The position numbers were made by a program, and so were the translations under genes. Under the pieces are notes generated by a model. The model ran no database searches. It saw only the letters and a program-made list of their open reading frames with translations, and had not been told where the DNA came from. A stretch of DNA of 64,000 nt, taken from Eledone cirrhosa. Taxonomy: Eukaryota. Within the stretch, counting starts at the first letter, position 1. Every line of letters begins with the position of its first letter. The stretch spans positions 286,750,001 to 286,814,000 of the forward strand of contig OZ024742.1 in the NCBI GenBank assembly GCA_964016885.1. The letters run 5' to 3'. Shown piece after piece: positions 40,331 to 56,900 of this stretch.

Positions 40331-40645
40331 AGGCTGGGGAGTAAACTGCCGATTAAATGGTAGCATTGGCCTTGGATTTAAAATGTTGTGAAATAACCAT
40401 AGTCAGTATGATCGTTTTCAGTTCCAAAGGACGTCATCTGAAACAGCAATATACTGCATAACATTGCTTCTGACGTGTTGCTTCGTTAGTACGGACTGTA
40501 AGTAGTATATGGATAAAAGCTGGAGGGTAGATTAATTTCAAATAGTATCACTTTTTCTTTGTTCTGTAAAATCAAAGACTGTAAAACGACTTTATAAAAG
40601 CTAACGCAATATTGTTAAACCTTCAACTGATACTTTTGTGGGATG

Positions 40646-40709
<64 letters not shown>

Positions 40710-40730
40710 TCTCTCTCTCTCTCCCTCCCC

Positions 40731-40763
<33 letters not shown>

Positions 40764-40888
40764 ATTCTCTCTGAATATCTAACACTTTAATTGTATCTCT
40801 CTCTGTATAACGTGTCTCCTTCTGTGTCTCTCTCTCTGTATGTTGTATGTGAATATCTATATGTATTATATCTATGAGTATTATATAT

Positions 40889-41075
40889 GGATTGGCAGTA
40901 TCGGTAGAGAGTCGGACGCCATGCTTTGCAGCAAAGAGTTACGGCCCTTGCCATTCTGAGTTCAAATCCCGCCGAGGTTAACTTTGCCTTTCATCCTAAC
41001 GGGGTCGATAATACAAAGTACCAGTAATACACTGGGATAATTGCTGGCATTGTGCCAAAAGTAGAAACAATTATA
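40889..41075 (+). mobile_element. SINE family A (short-tail subtype)
   Basis: GGATTGGCAGTATCGGTAGAG...GAGTTCAAATCCCGCCGAGG...CTGGGATAATTGCTGG. Confidence 0.85.
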
Positions 41076-41438
41076 TATATATATGTGTATGTGTATCTCT
41101 ATAGGTTTATATGCGAGTGTGTATATATGTATACACGTGTGTGTGTCGAATTATTATTATGGTTATTACATATGTATGGAGTTTCATGCGTATATTTCTG
41201 AATGTGATTGTGTGTGCACGTGTGCTATGTTATGTATATATATGTATGCGTGTATGTATGTATGTTTTTATTAGATATGCATGTTGATATTTATGTATAG
41301 CTGTATGCGTGTATACCTGTGTGTTTATGTGTGTATGTATGTATGTATGTATGTATGTATGTATGTATGTATGTGTGTGTGTATGTCATTAGAGAGTTTA
41401 CAACAGCACTACTATATTCTATCTATCTTACACACCTA

Positions 41439-41482
<44 letters not shown>

Positions 41483-42115
41483 TGGTAAACGGAATAGAAA
41501 ATGCTGACAAATTGTTCACAGTTGAAAAATAGTTTAATTAGGAATAAAAGAGTATTAGTAATTGTATGGGTTAGTATTCAGTTGTGGTTTTAAGTTTTTA
41601 AGTTTTTACCGGTTGCGCATTTCTACATGCTTTTCAAAAATAATTTTGAGATAGAGTGTCCGTGCTGTTTGCTCTGATCTGATTAGTTTTGGGAATTCTA
41701 CCTGTTTTTATGTTAAAAAAAGTGGCTCCAGCGCTACTTTGGTGTTGCAAAAATTCTTGTGGTCAAAACAATTTTGATTGGTCGGTAGAGGTCATGTGAA
41801 TGTAAAAAATTGATTTTGCGCCAAGACTGTTTTTATGATGATCGGCTCCTTTCATATCCGAGGGTTGGCTGAAAAGTTCATAGGCTGACTATGAAGGAGT
41901 GATATATATATATCAATGATATTAATAACTGGAAACTATATTTATAAAACCATATTTATTCTATTATATTTTATTCAAGGGTACCAAAACTTTGGTACGC
42001 TCTCATCAGATAAAATACAACATTTGTTTTATAAATAGTGACATATCCAGGAATCATACCTTAACAGTTCAGGTACTATTTGTGGAATTACCAACAAATT
42101 AAATATCTCTTTGCT

Positions 42116-42221
<106 letters not shown>

Positions 42222-42312
42222 CGTGTGTGTGAGTGTGTGAGCGTGCGTGTGTGTGTGTTTAACGAGTAGCTTTCTGACCTGGCTCTGTACATTCTAAGTT
42301 CAAACCCTGCGT

Positions 42313-42604
42313 CCAGCAGATAGCCTCAGCTACGAAAAGATCAATTAAAACATTGTTTCCTTGATCTGATGATCGGCTCCTTTCATATCCGAGGGTTGGC
42401 TGAAAAGTTCATAGGCTGACTATGAAAGAGTGATGCTAGAGATGTGAAATCTTGCATGCATTGATTTCAACTCTTCTTATTAATAACTGCATTGTTTCTT
42501 TCCAGGAACTATTTTGAAAATTAAACTTCATTTGGTTATTCGATGAGAGTATCTTGGTCAGTCTATGAACTTTTCAGCCTATGAACCTTTCAGCCGAGCC
42601 TCGC

Positions 42605-42658
<54 letters not shown>

Positions 42659-42740
42659 CTGCGTGAAAGGAGCTGATCATCAGATGGACCAAGGAAATAA
42701 TGCTTCGATAAGTCTATCCGTTGCTGCTACTATCTGTTGG
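42313..42740. mobile_element. Nested inverted-repeat element: outer ~75-bp TIRs enclosing a mariner MITE (42390-42603) and (GT)n
   Basis: Outer arms 42313-42385 and 42664-42740 are diverged reverse complements; inner TIR CGAGGGTTGGCTGAAAAGTTCATAGGCTGAC resembles irritans/Himar1-type ends as recalled. Confidence 0.7.
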
Positions 42741-44437
42741 TCACATCTCCCCGCAGAATAAGGCAGACTTTGAGCTGAGAATTAACAGAGCCCGATTAAA
42801 TACCGATTCTTTAATAATTCCACCAATTCACTGTCCCAGTACATGACTGGTACTTTTTTTATCGACCCCGAAAGAACGAAAGGTAGATTAGGCCACGACC
42901 GGATTTTATGGTAACTTTTAATTGGGGGTCCTCGTTTATTTCTATGATGAATATTCAGTTGTTTGACCAAATGAACTGAATACATTCACCTAAAATGATC
43001 ATGTGTTCCACAAATACGTTTAACTGTAATACAATTCTCACTTCTTCTGTACCACCTTCTCATCCACACCACCTCCTACCCCAATCATCCACACCACCTC
43101 TTCACCACACCTCTTTCCCACCACTTCTTCCCCCACATTCTCATCCTCGCCACCTTCTCACCACCACCTCCTCATCAACACCATCACCACCTCCTCACCC
43201 CCTCTTCACGACACCTCTTTCCCTACCACCTCCACCCCGCCACCCTTATAACACCATGTAAGATGGGACCTTTAAATTACAGATATAAACCAGTGAAAAG
43301 ATAGAGAAATCGACCCAGTACTAGATTGCTATATTTTTATATCGATCTGGAAAGAATAAACTGCGAGATTGGAACTGAAAGTGCCGAGATTTGAACCAGT
43401 GCAAGCAAATACCACAAGACATTTTAATGATTCTATTAATTCGACACCCTGACGATAATGTATTTTTTTTTTCTATATTTTAAGCGTGAAGGAAAGATCC
43501 TTAAACCAGGGGCTAGGTCCAAATGCTTGCAAAAGAATGGGCTCCGCTAACGGGTGACGGATTGAGTCTAAAACTCAAGTACGTAAACCACAGCAGAATT
43601 TCATCAGAGAACGTAAAGAGCAGGAACAAATACCGCAAGGTATTTCATCCTATATTCTAACAATTCCACAATTCCACCAGTTTAACACCGGGTAGTTTAT
43701 TTATCGACCTCGAAAGAATTAAAGTAAAGTTTGCATCGACGTGATTGCTATTTGAAATCAAAGATTAGGGAACGATATTTTGTCATAGGCCATAACAACT
43801 CATACAGCATAACGCCTGAAGATAGATGTAATATTTAAAACGAAAGCAAGGTTGTCGTGACAAACGAAACGAATCACATCCGGAATGGAATATTCCAGTA
43901 GAATATCTCTTGCAGAAATATTAATCTTCCTAGATTATTAGTGAAGTAAACTCTAGAGAAATGGTTTTATGATCGATATAGCCAGGCTACATTATCTCGT
44001 AGACGTAAATAATATATTGACACACACAGACACACGGGCACATATACGCTGACACACACACTGACACAAACATACAGATACACATACGCTGACACACACA
44101 CTGACACAGTCAGAGAGACACACACTCTGACCCACAGACACAGAGACACTCAGGAACACAAATACACACACAGACACACACAGACACACACACACAGACA
44201 CACACATAAACAGACAGACACGCTGACCCATAGACAAACACACACTGACCTGCAGACATATACACTGACAGACAGACACGCACACATTTCCACACACAGA
44301 CACACACCCACACACACACCCACACACACACACAGATACGCACAATCACACATATATATATTATATATATTACATATATTTATATTTTATATATATATAA
44401 TAGCGAGAGAGGGGGGGGGGGGCAACTAGTCTGTTGA

Positions 44438-44508
<71 letters not shown>

Positions 44509-44663
44509 GTGTCTACTAAGTTATCAGATCTGTCGGACACTATGAAATATACATAAATATTTGTACATTTTATTACTCGTCTTTGCTACTGTTGTTTGTT
44601 TTTGTTATTTTTAGTGCTCATATGATAATCTAAACGTTTCCTCAATAATTGGAAATGAATAGA

Positions 44664-44709
<46 letters not shown>

Positions 44710-44915
44710 ACGCCATAAGAATAATTGTTGGCTACTTTGGTAGTATGTCGGAATGTAATAGGTAAGAATATTGTGATATTTGAGATATCTGTGGTGTTGA
44801 GAGATATTTTTGGTGTGTTTCGTGATCAGTCATGTCATCACTAACTTACATGACTCCAAACGGAAATTGAAACCGATTTCAGAGACTCGGTTAACTGGCA
44901 TTTCACTACTGTTTG

Positions 44916-47900
44916 CTACCACAACTAACATATATAACCATCCTACCACTGTCTTCTACCACAACTAACACATATATAACCATCCTACCACTGTCTTCTA
45001 CCACAACTAACACATATATTACCATCCTACCACTGTGTTCTACCACAACTAACACATATATAACCATTCTACCCCTGTCTTCTACCACAACTAACATATA
45101 TAACCATCCTACCACTGTCTTCTACCACAACTAACACATATATAACCATCCTACCACTGTCTTCTACCACAACTAACACATATATTACCATCCTACCACT
45201 GTGTTCTACCACAACTAACACATATATAACCATTCTACCCCTGTCTTCTACCACAACTAACATATATAACCATCCTACCACTGTCTTCTACCACAACTAA
45301 CACATATATAACCATCCTACCACTGTCTTCTACCACAACTAACACATATATAACCATCCTACCACTGTCTTCTACCACAACTAACACATATATTACCATC
45401 CTACCACTGTCTTCTACCACAACTAACAAATATATAACCATTCTCCATTGTATTCTACCACAACTAACACATATATAACCATCCTACGACTGTCTTCTAC
45501 CACAACTAACACATATATTACCATCCTACCACTGTCTTCTACCACAACTAACAAATATATAACCATTCTACCATTGTATTCTACCACAACTAACACATAT
45601 ATAACCATCCTACCGCTGTCTTCTACCACAACTAACAAATATATTACCATCCTACCACTGTCTTCTACCACAACTAACACATATATTACCATCCTACCAC
45701 TGTCTTCTACCACAACTAACAAATATATAACCATTCTACCATTGTATTCTACCATGACTAACACATATATAACAATTCTACCACTGTCTTCTACCAAAAC
45801 TAACACATATATTACCATCCTACCACTGTGTTCTACCACAACTAACACATATATAACCATCCTACCACTGTCTTCTACCACAACTAACAAATATATAACA
45901 ATTCTACCACTGTCTTCTACCACAACTAACACATATATTACCATCCTACCACTGTGTTCTACCACAACTAACACATATATAACCATCCTACCACTGTCTT
46001 CTACCACAACTAACAAATATATAACCATTCTACCACTGTGTTCTACCACAACTAACACATATATAACCATCCTACAACTGTCTTCTACCACAACTAACAC
46101 ACATATAACCATCCTACCACTGTCTTCTACCACAACTAACAAATATATAACCATTCTACCACTGTGTTCTACCACAACTAACACATATATAACCATCCTA
46201 CCACTGTCTTCTACCACAACTAACAAATATATAACCATTCTACCACTGTGTTCTACCACAACTAACACATATATAACCATCCTACCACTGTCTTCTACCA
46301 CAACTAACACATATATTACCATCCTACCACTGTCTTCTACCACAACTAACACATATATAACCATCCTACCACTGTCTTCTACCACAACTAACACATATAT
46401 AACCATCCTACCACTGTCTTCTACCACAACTAACAAATATATAACCATTCTACCACTGTGTTCTACCACAACTAACACATATATAACCATCCTACAACTG
46501 TCTTCTACCACAACTAACACACATATAACCATCCTACCACTGTCTTCTACCACAACTAACAAATATATAACCATTCTACCACTGTGTTCTACCACAACTA
46601 ACACATATATAACCATCCTACCACTGTCTTCTACCACAACTAACAAATATATAACCATTCTACCACTGTGTTCTACCACAACTAACACATATATAACCAT
46701 CCTACCACTGTCTTCTACCACAACTAACACATATATTACCATCCTACCACTGTCTTCTACCACAACTAACACATATATAACCATCCTACCACTGTCTTCT
46801 ACCACAACTAACACATATATTACCATCCTACCACTGTGTTCTACCACAACTAACACATATATAACCATCCTACCACTGTCTTCTACCACAACTAACAAAT
46901 ATATAACCATTCTACCACTGTCTTCTACCACAACTAACACATATATAACCATCCTACCACTGTCTTCTACCACAACTAACACATATATTACCATCCTACC
47001 ACTGTCTTCTACCACAACTAACACATATATAACCATCCTACCACTGTCTTCTACCACAACTAACACATATATAACCATCCTACCACTGTCTTCTACCACA
47101 ACTAACAAATATATAACCATTCTACCACTGTGTTCTACCACAACTAACACATATATACCCATCCTACCACTGTCTTCTACCACAACTAACACATATATTA
47201 CCATCCTACCACTGTCTTCTACCACAACTAACACATATATAACCATCCTACCACTGTCTTCTACCACAACTAACACATATATAACCATCCTACCACTGTC
47301 TTCTACCACAACTAACAAATATATAACCATTCTACCACTGTGTTCTACCACAACTAACACATATATACCCATCCTACCACTGTCTTCTACCACAACTAAC
47401 ACATATATTACCATCCTACCACTGTCTTCTACCACAACTAACACATATATAACCATCCTACCACTGTCTTCTACCACAACTAACACATATATAACCATCC
47501 AATCACTGTCTTCTACCACAACTAACACATATATAACCATCCTACCACTGTCTTCTACCACAACTAACACATATATAACCATCCTACCACTGTCTTCCAC
47601 CACAACTAACACATATATACCCATCCTACCACTGTGTTCTACCACAACTAACACATATATAACCATCCTACCACTGTCTTCTACCACAACTAACACATAT
47701 ATAACCATCCTACCACTGTCTTCTACCACAACTAACACATATATAACCATCCTACCACTGTCTTCTACCACAACTAACACATATATAACCATCCTACCAC
47801 TGTCTTCTACCACAACTAACACATATATAACCATCCTACCACTGTGTTCTACCACAACTAACACATATATAACCATCCTACCACTGTCGTCTACCACAAC

Positions 47901-50900
47901 TAACACATATATAACCATTCTACCCCTGTCTTCTGCCACAACTAACACATATATAACCATCCTACTCCTGTCTTCTACCACAACTAACACATATATAACC
48001 ATCCTACCACTGTCTTCTACCAAAACTAACACATATATAACCATCCTACCACTGTGTTCTACCACAACTAACACATATATAACCATCCTACCAATGTGTT
48101 CTACCACAACTAACACATATATAACCATCCTACCACTGTCTTCTACCACAACTAACACATATATAACCATACCACAACTAACACATATATAACCATCCTA
48201 CCACTGTCTTCTACCACAACTAACACATATATTACCATCCTACCAGTGTGTTCTACCACAACTAACACATATATAACCATCCTACCACGGTCTTCTACCA
48301 CAACTAACACATATATAACCATCCTACCACTGTCTTCTACCACAACTAACACATATATAACCATCCTTCCACTGTCTTCTACCACAACTAACACATATAT
48401 AACCATCCTACCACTGTGTTCTGCCACAACTAACAAATATATAACCATTCTACCATTGTATTCTACCACAACTAACACATATATAACCATCCTACCACTG
48501 TCTTCTACCACAACTAACAAATATATAACCATTCTACCATTGTATTCTACCACAACTAACACATATATACCCATCCTACCACTGTCTTCTACCACAACTA
48601 ACACATATATTACCATCCTACCACTGTCTTCTACCACAACTAACAAATATATAACCATTCTACCATTGTATTCTACCATGACTAACACATATATAACAAT
48701 TCTACCACTGTCTTCTACCAAAACTAACACATATATTACCATCCTACCACTGTGTTCTACCACAACTAACACATATATAACCATCCTACCACTGTCTTCT
48801 ACCACAACTAACAAATATATAACAATTCTACCACTGTCTTCTACCACAACTAACACATATATTACCATCCTACCACTGTGTTCTACCACAACTAACACAT
48901 ATATAACCATCCTACCACTGTCTTCTACCACAACTAACAAATATATAACCATTCTACCACTGTGTTCTACCACAACTAACACATATATACCCATCCTACC
49001 ACTGTCTTCTACCACAACTAACACATATATTACCATCCTACCACTGTCTTCTACCACAACTAACACATATATAACCATCCAATCACTGTCTTCTACCACA
49101 ACTAACACATATATAACCATCCTACCACTGTCTTCTACCACAACTAACACATATATAACCATCCTACCACTGTCTTCCACCACAACTAACACATATATAA
49201 CCATCCTACCACTGTGTTCTACCACAACTAACACATATATAACCATCCTACCACTGTCTTCTACCACAACTAACACATATATAACCATCCTACCACTGTC
49301 TTCTACCACAACTAACACATATATAACCATCCTACCACTGTCTTCTACCACAACTAACACATATATAACCATCCTACCACTGTCTTCTACCACAACTAAC
49401 ACATATATAACCATCCTACCACTGTGTTCTACCACAACTAACACATATATAACCATCCTACCACTGTCGTCTACCACAACTAACACATATATTACCATCC
49501 TACCACTGTCTTCTACCACAACTAACACATATATAACCATTCTACCCCTGTCTTCTGCCACAACTAACACATATATAACCATCCTACCCCTGTCTTCTAC
49601 CACAACTAACACATATATAACCATCCTACCACTGTCTTCTACCACAACTAACACATATATAACCATCCTACCACTGTGTTCTACCACAACTAACACATAT
49701 ATAACCATCCTACCACTGTGTTCTACCACAACTAACACATATATAACCATCCTACCACTGTCTTCTACCACAACTAACACATATATAACCATACCACAAC
49801 TAACACATATATAACCATCCTACCACTGTCTTCTACCACAACTAACACATATATTACCATCCTACCAGTGTGTTCTACCACAACTAACACATATATAACT
49901 ATCCTACCACGGTCTTCTACCACAACTAACACATATATAACCATCCTACCACTGTCTTCTACCACAACTAACACATATATAACCATCCTTCCACTGTCTT
50001 CTACCACAACTAACAAATATATAACCATTCTACCATTGTATTCTACCACAACTAACACATATATACCCATCCTACCACTGTCTTTTACCACAACTAACAC
50101 ATATATTACCATCCTACCACTGTCTTCTACCACAACTAACAAATATATAACCATTCTACCATTGTATTCTACCATGACTAACACATATATAACAATTCTA
50201 CCACTGTCTTCTACCAAAACTAACACATATATTACCATCCTACCACTGTGTTCTACCACAACTAACACATATATAACCATCCTACCACTGTCTTCTACCA
50301 CAACTAACAAATATATAACCATTCTACCACTGTGTTCTACCACAACTAACACATATATACCCATCCTACCACTGTCTTCTACCACAACTAACACATATAT
50401 TACCATCCTACCACTGTCTTCTACCACAACTAACACATATATAACCATCCTACCACTGTCTTCTACCACAACTAACACATATATAACCATCCAATCACTG
50501 TCTTCTACCACAACTAACACATATATAACCATCCTACCACTGTCTTCTACCACAACTAACACATATATAACCATCCTACCACTGTCTTCCACCACAACTA
50601 ACACATATATACCCATCCTACCACTGTGTTCTACCACAACTAACACATATATAACCATCCTACCACTGTCTTCTACCACAACTAACACATATATAACCAT
50701 CCTACCACTGTCTTCTACCACAACTAACACATATATAACCATCCTACCACTGTCTTCTACCACAACTAACACATATATAACCATCCTACCACTGTCTTCT
50801 ACCACAACTAACACATATATAACCATCCTACCACTGTGTTCTACCACAACTAACACATATATAACCATCCTACCACTGTCGTCTACCACAACTAACACAT

Positions 50901-53900
50901 ATATTACCATCCTACCACTGTCTTCTACCACAACTAACACATATATAACCATCCTACCACTGTCTTCTACCACAACTAACACATATATAACCATCCTACC
51001 ACTGTCTTCCACCACAACTAACACATATATACCCATCCTACCACTGTGTTCTACCACAACTAACACATATATAACCATCCTACCACTGTCTTCTAACACA
51101 ACTAACACATATATAACCATCCTACCACTGTCTTCTACCACAACTAACACATATATAACCATCCTACCACTGTCTTCTACCACAACTAACACATATATAA
51201 CCATCCTACCACTGTCTTCTACCACAACTAACACATATATAACCATCCTACCACTGTGTTCTACCACAACTAACACATATATAACCATCCTACCACTGTC
51301 GTCTACCACAACTAACACATATATTACCATCCTACCACTGTCTTCTACCACAAATAACACATATATAACCATTCTACCCCTGTCTTCTGCCACAACTAAC
51401 ACATATATAACCATCCTACCCCTGTCTTCTACCACAACTAACACATATATAACCATCCTACCACTGTCTTCTACCACAACTAACACATATATAACCATCC
51501 TACCACTGTGTTCTACCACAACTAACACATATATAACCATCCTACCACTGTGTTCTACCACAACTAATACATATATAACCATCCTACCACTGTCTTCTAC
51601 CACAACTAACACATATATAACCATACCACAACAAACACATATATAACCATCCTACCACTGTCTTCTACCACAACTAACACATATATTACCATCCTACCAG
51701 TGTGTTCTACCACAACTAACACATATATAACCATCCTACCACGGTCTTCTACCACAACTAACACATATATAACCATCCTACCACTGTCTTCTACCACAAC
51801 TAACACATATATAACCATCCTACCACTGTCTTCTACCACAACTAACACATATATAACCATACCACAACTAACACATATATAACCATCCTACCACTGTCTT
51901 CTACCACAACTAACACATATATTACCATCCTACCAGTGTGTTCTACCACAACTAACACATATATAACCATCCTACCACGGTCTTCTATCACAACTAACAC
52001 ATATATAACCATCCTACCACTGTCTTCTACCACAACTAACACATATATAACCATCCTTCCACTGTCTTCTACCACAACTAACAAATATATAACCATTCTA
52101 CCATTGTATTCTACCACAACTAACACATATATACCCATCCTACCACTGTCCTCTACCACAACTAACACATATATAACCATTCTACCATTGTATTCTACCA
52201 TGACTAACACATATATAACAATTCTACCACTGTCTTCTACCAAAACTAACACATATATTACCATCCTACCACTGTGTTCTACCACAACTAACAAATATAT
52301 AACCATTCTACCATTGTATTCTACCATGACTAACACATATATAACAATTCTACCACTGTCTTCTACCAAAACTAACACATATATTACCATCCTACCACTG
52401 TCTTCTACCACAACTAACAAATATATAACCATTCTACCATTGTATTCTACCATGACTAACACATATATAACAATTCTACCACTGTCTTCTACCAAAACTA
52501 ACACATATATTACCATCCTACCACTGTGTTCTACCACAACTAACACATATATAACCATCCTACCACTGTCTTCTACCACAACTAACAAATATATAACCAT
52601 TCTACCACTGTGTTCTACCACAACTAACACATATATACCCATCCTACCACTGTCTTCTACCACAACTAACACATATATTACCATCCTACCACTGTCTTCT
52701 ACCACAACTAACACATATATAACCATCCTACCACTGTCTTCTACCACAACTAACACATATATAACCATCCAATCACTGTCTTCTACCACAACTAACACAT
52801 ATATAACCATCCTACCACTGTCTTCTACCACAACTAACACATATATAACCATCCTACCACTGTCTTCCACCACAACTAACACATATATACCCATCCTACC
52901 ACTGTGTTCTACCACAACTAACACATATATAACCATCCTACCACTGTCTTCTACCACAACTAACACATATATAACCATCCTACCACTGTCTTCTACCACA
53001 ACTAACACATATATAACCATCCTACCACTGTCTTCTACCACAACTAACACATATATAACCATCCTACCACTGTCTTCTACCACAACTAACACATATATAA
53101 CCATCCTACCACTGTGTTCTACCACAACTAACACATATATAACCATCCTACCACTGTCGTCTACCACAACTAACACATATATTACCATCCTACCACTGTC
53201 TTCTACCACAACTAACACATATATAACCATCCTACCACTGTCTTCTACCACAACTAACACATATATAACCATCCTACCACTGTCTTCCACCACAACTAAC
53301 ACATATATACCCATCCTACCACTGTGTTCTACCACAACTAACACATATATAACCATCCTACCACTGTCTTCTACCACAACTAACACATATATAACCATCC
53401 TACCACTGTCTTCTACCACAACTAACACATATATAACCATTCTACCCCTGTCTTCTACCACAACTAACACATATATAACCATCCTACCACTGTCTTCTAC
53501 CACAACTAACACATATATAACCATTCTACCCCTGTCTTCTACCACAACTAACACATATATACCCATCCTACCACTGTCTTCTACCACAACTAACACATAT
53601 ATAACCATCCTACCACTGTCTTCTACCACAACTAACACATATATAACCATCCTACCACTGTCTTCTACCACAACTAACACATATATAACCATTCTACCCC
53701 TGTCTTCTACCACAACTAACACATATATAACCATCCTACCACTGTCTTCTACCACAACTAACACATATATAACCATCCTACCACTGTCTTCTACCACAAC
53801 TAACACATATATAACCATCCTACCACTGTCTTCTACCACAACTAACACATATATAACCATCCTACCACTGTGTTCTACCACAACTAACACATATATAACC

Positions 53901-56900
53901 ATCCTACCACTGTCGTCTACCACAACTAACACATATATTACCATCCTACCACTGTCTTCTACCACAACTAACACATATATAACCATTCTACCCCTGTCTT
54001 CTGCCACAACTAACACATATATAACCATCCTACCCCTGTCTTCTACCACAACTAACACATATATAACCATCCTACCACTGTCTTCTACCACAACTAACAC
54101 ATATATAACCATCCTACCACTGTGTTCTACCACAACTAACACATATATAACCATCCTACCACTGTGTTCTACCACAACTAATACATATATAACCATCCTA
54201 CCACTGTCTTCTACCACAACTAACACATATATTACCATCCTACCAGTGTGTTCTACCACAACTAACACATATATAACCATCCTACCACGGTCTTCTACCA
54301 CAACTAACACATATATAACCATCCTACCACTGTCTTCTACCACAACTAACACATATATAACCATCCTTCCACTGTCTTCTACCACAACTAACACATATAT
54401 AACCATCCTACCACTGTCTTCTACCACAACTAACAAATATATAACCATTCTACCATTGTATTCTACCACAACTAACACATATATACCCATCCTACCACTG
54501 TCTTCTACCACAACTAACACATATATTACCATCCTACCACTGTCTTCTACCACAACTAACAAATATATAACCATTCTACCATTGTATTCTACCATGACTA
54601 ACACATATATAACAATTCTACCACTGTCTTCTACCAAAACTAACACATATATTACCATCCTACCACTGTGTTCTACCACAACTAACACATATATAACCAT
54701 CCTACCACTGTCTTCTACCACAACTAACAAATATATAACAATTCTACCACTGTCTTCTACCACAACTAACACATATATTACCATCCTACCACTGTGTTCT
54801 ACCACAACTAACACATATATAACCATCCTACCACTGTCTTCTACCACAACTAACAAATATATAACCATTCTACCACTGTGTTCTACCACAACTAACACAT
54901 ATATACCCATCCTACCACTGTCTTCTACCACAACTAACACATATATTACCATCCTACCACTGTCTTCTACCACAACTAACACATATATAACCATCCTACC
55001 ACTGTCTTCTACCACAACTAACACATATATAACCATCCAATCACTGTCTTCTACCACAACTAACACATATATAACCATCCTACCACTGTCTTCTACCACA
55101 ACTAACACATATATAACCATCCTACCACTGTCTTCCATCACAACTAACACATATATACCCATCCTACCACTGTGTTCTACCACAACTAACACATATATAA
55201 CCATCCTACCACTGTCTTCTACCACAACTAACACATATATAACCATCCTACCACTGTCTTCTACCACAACTAACACATATATAACCATCCTACCACTGTC
55301 TTCTACCACAACTAACACATATATAACCATCCTACCACTGTCTTCTACCACAACTAACAAATATATAACCATTCTACCACTGTGTTCTACCACAACTAAC
55401 ACATATATACCCATCCTACCACTGTGTTCTACCACAACTAACACATATATAACCATCCTACCACTGTCTTCTACCACAACTAACAAATATATAACCATTC
55501 TACCACTGTGTTCTACCACAACTAACACATATATACCCATCCTACCACTGTCTTCTACCACAACTAACACATATATTACCATCCTACCACTGTCTTCTAC
55601 CACAACTAACACATATATAACCATCCTACCACTGTCTTCTACCACAACTAACACATATATTACCATCCTACCACTGTCTTCTACCACAACTAACAAATAT
55701 ATAACCATTCTACCATTGTATTCTACCATGACTAACACATATATAACAATTCTACCACTGTCTTCTACCAAAACTAACACATATATTACCATCCTACCAC
55801 TGTGTTCTACCACAACTAACACATATATAACCATCCTACCACTGTCTTCTACCACAACTAACAAATATATAACAATTCTACCACTGTCTTCTACCACAAC
55901 TAACACATATATTACCATCCTACCACTGTGTTCTACCACAACTAACACATATATAACCATCCTACCACTGTCTTCTACCACAACTAACAAATATATAACC
56001 ATTCTACCACTGTGTTCTACCACAACTAACACATATATACCCATCCTACCACTGTGTTCTACCACAACTAACACATATATAACCATCCTACCACTGTCTT
56101 CTACCACAACTAACACATATATAACCATCCTACCACTGTCTTCTACCACAACTAACACATATATAACCATCCTACCACTGTCTTCTCCCACAACTAACAC
56201 ATATATAACCATCCTACCACTGTCTTCTACCACAACTAACACATATATAACCATCCTACCACTGTGTTCTACCACAACTAACACATATATAACCATCCTA
56301 CCACTGTCGTCTACCACAACTAACACATATATAACCATTCTACCCCTGTCTTCTGCCACAACTAACACATATATAACCATCCTACCCCTGTCTTCTACCA
56401 CAACTAACACATATATAACCATCCTACCACTGTCTTCTACCACAACTAACACATATATAACCATCCTACCACTGTGTTCTACCACAACTAACACATATAT
56501 AACCATCCTACCACTGTGTTCTACCACAACTAACACATATATAACCATCCTACCACTGTCTTCTACCACAACTAACACATATATAACCATACCACAACTA
56601 ACACATATATAACCATCCTACCACTGTCTTCTACCACAACTAACACATATATTACCATCCTACCAGTGTGTTCTACCACAACTAACACATATATAACCAT
56701 CCTACCACGGTCTTCTACCACAACTAACACATATATAACCATCCTACCACTGTCTTCTACCACAACTAACACATATATAACCATCCTTCCACTGTCTTCT
56801 ACCACAACTAACACATATATAACCATCCTACCACTGTGTTCTGCCACAACTAACAAATATATAACCATTCTACCATTGTATTCTACCACAACTAACACAT

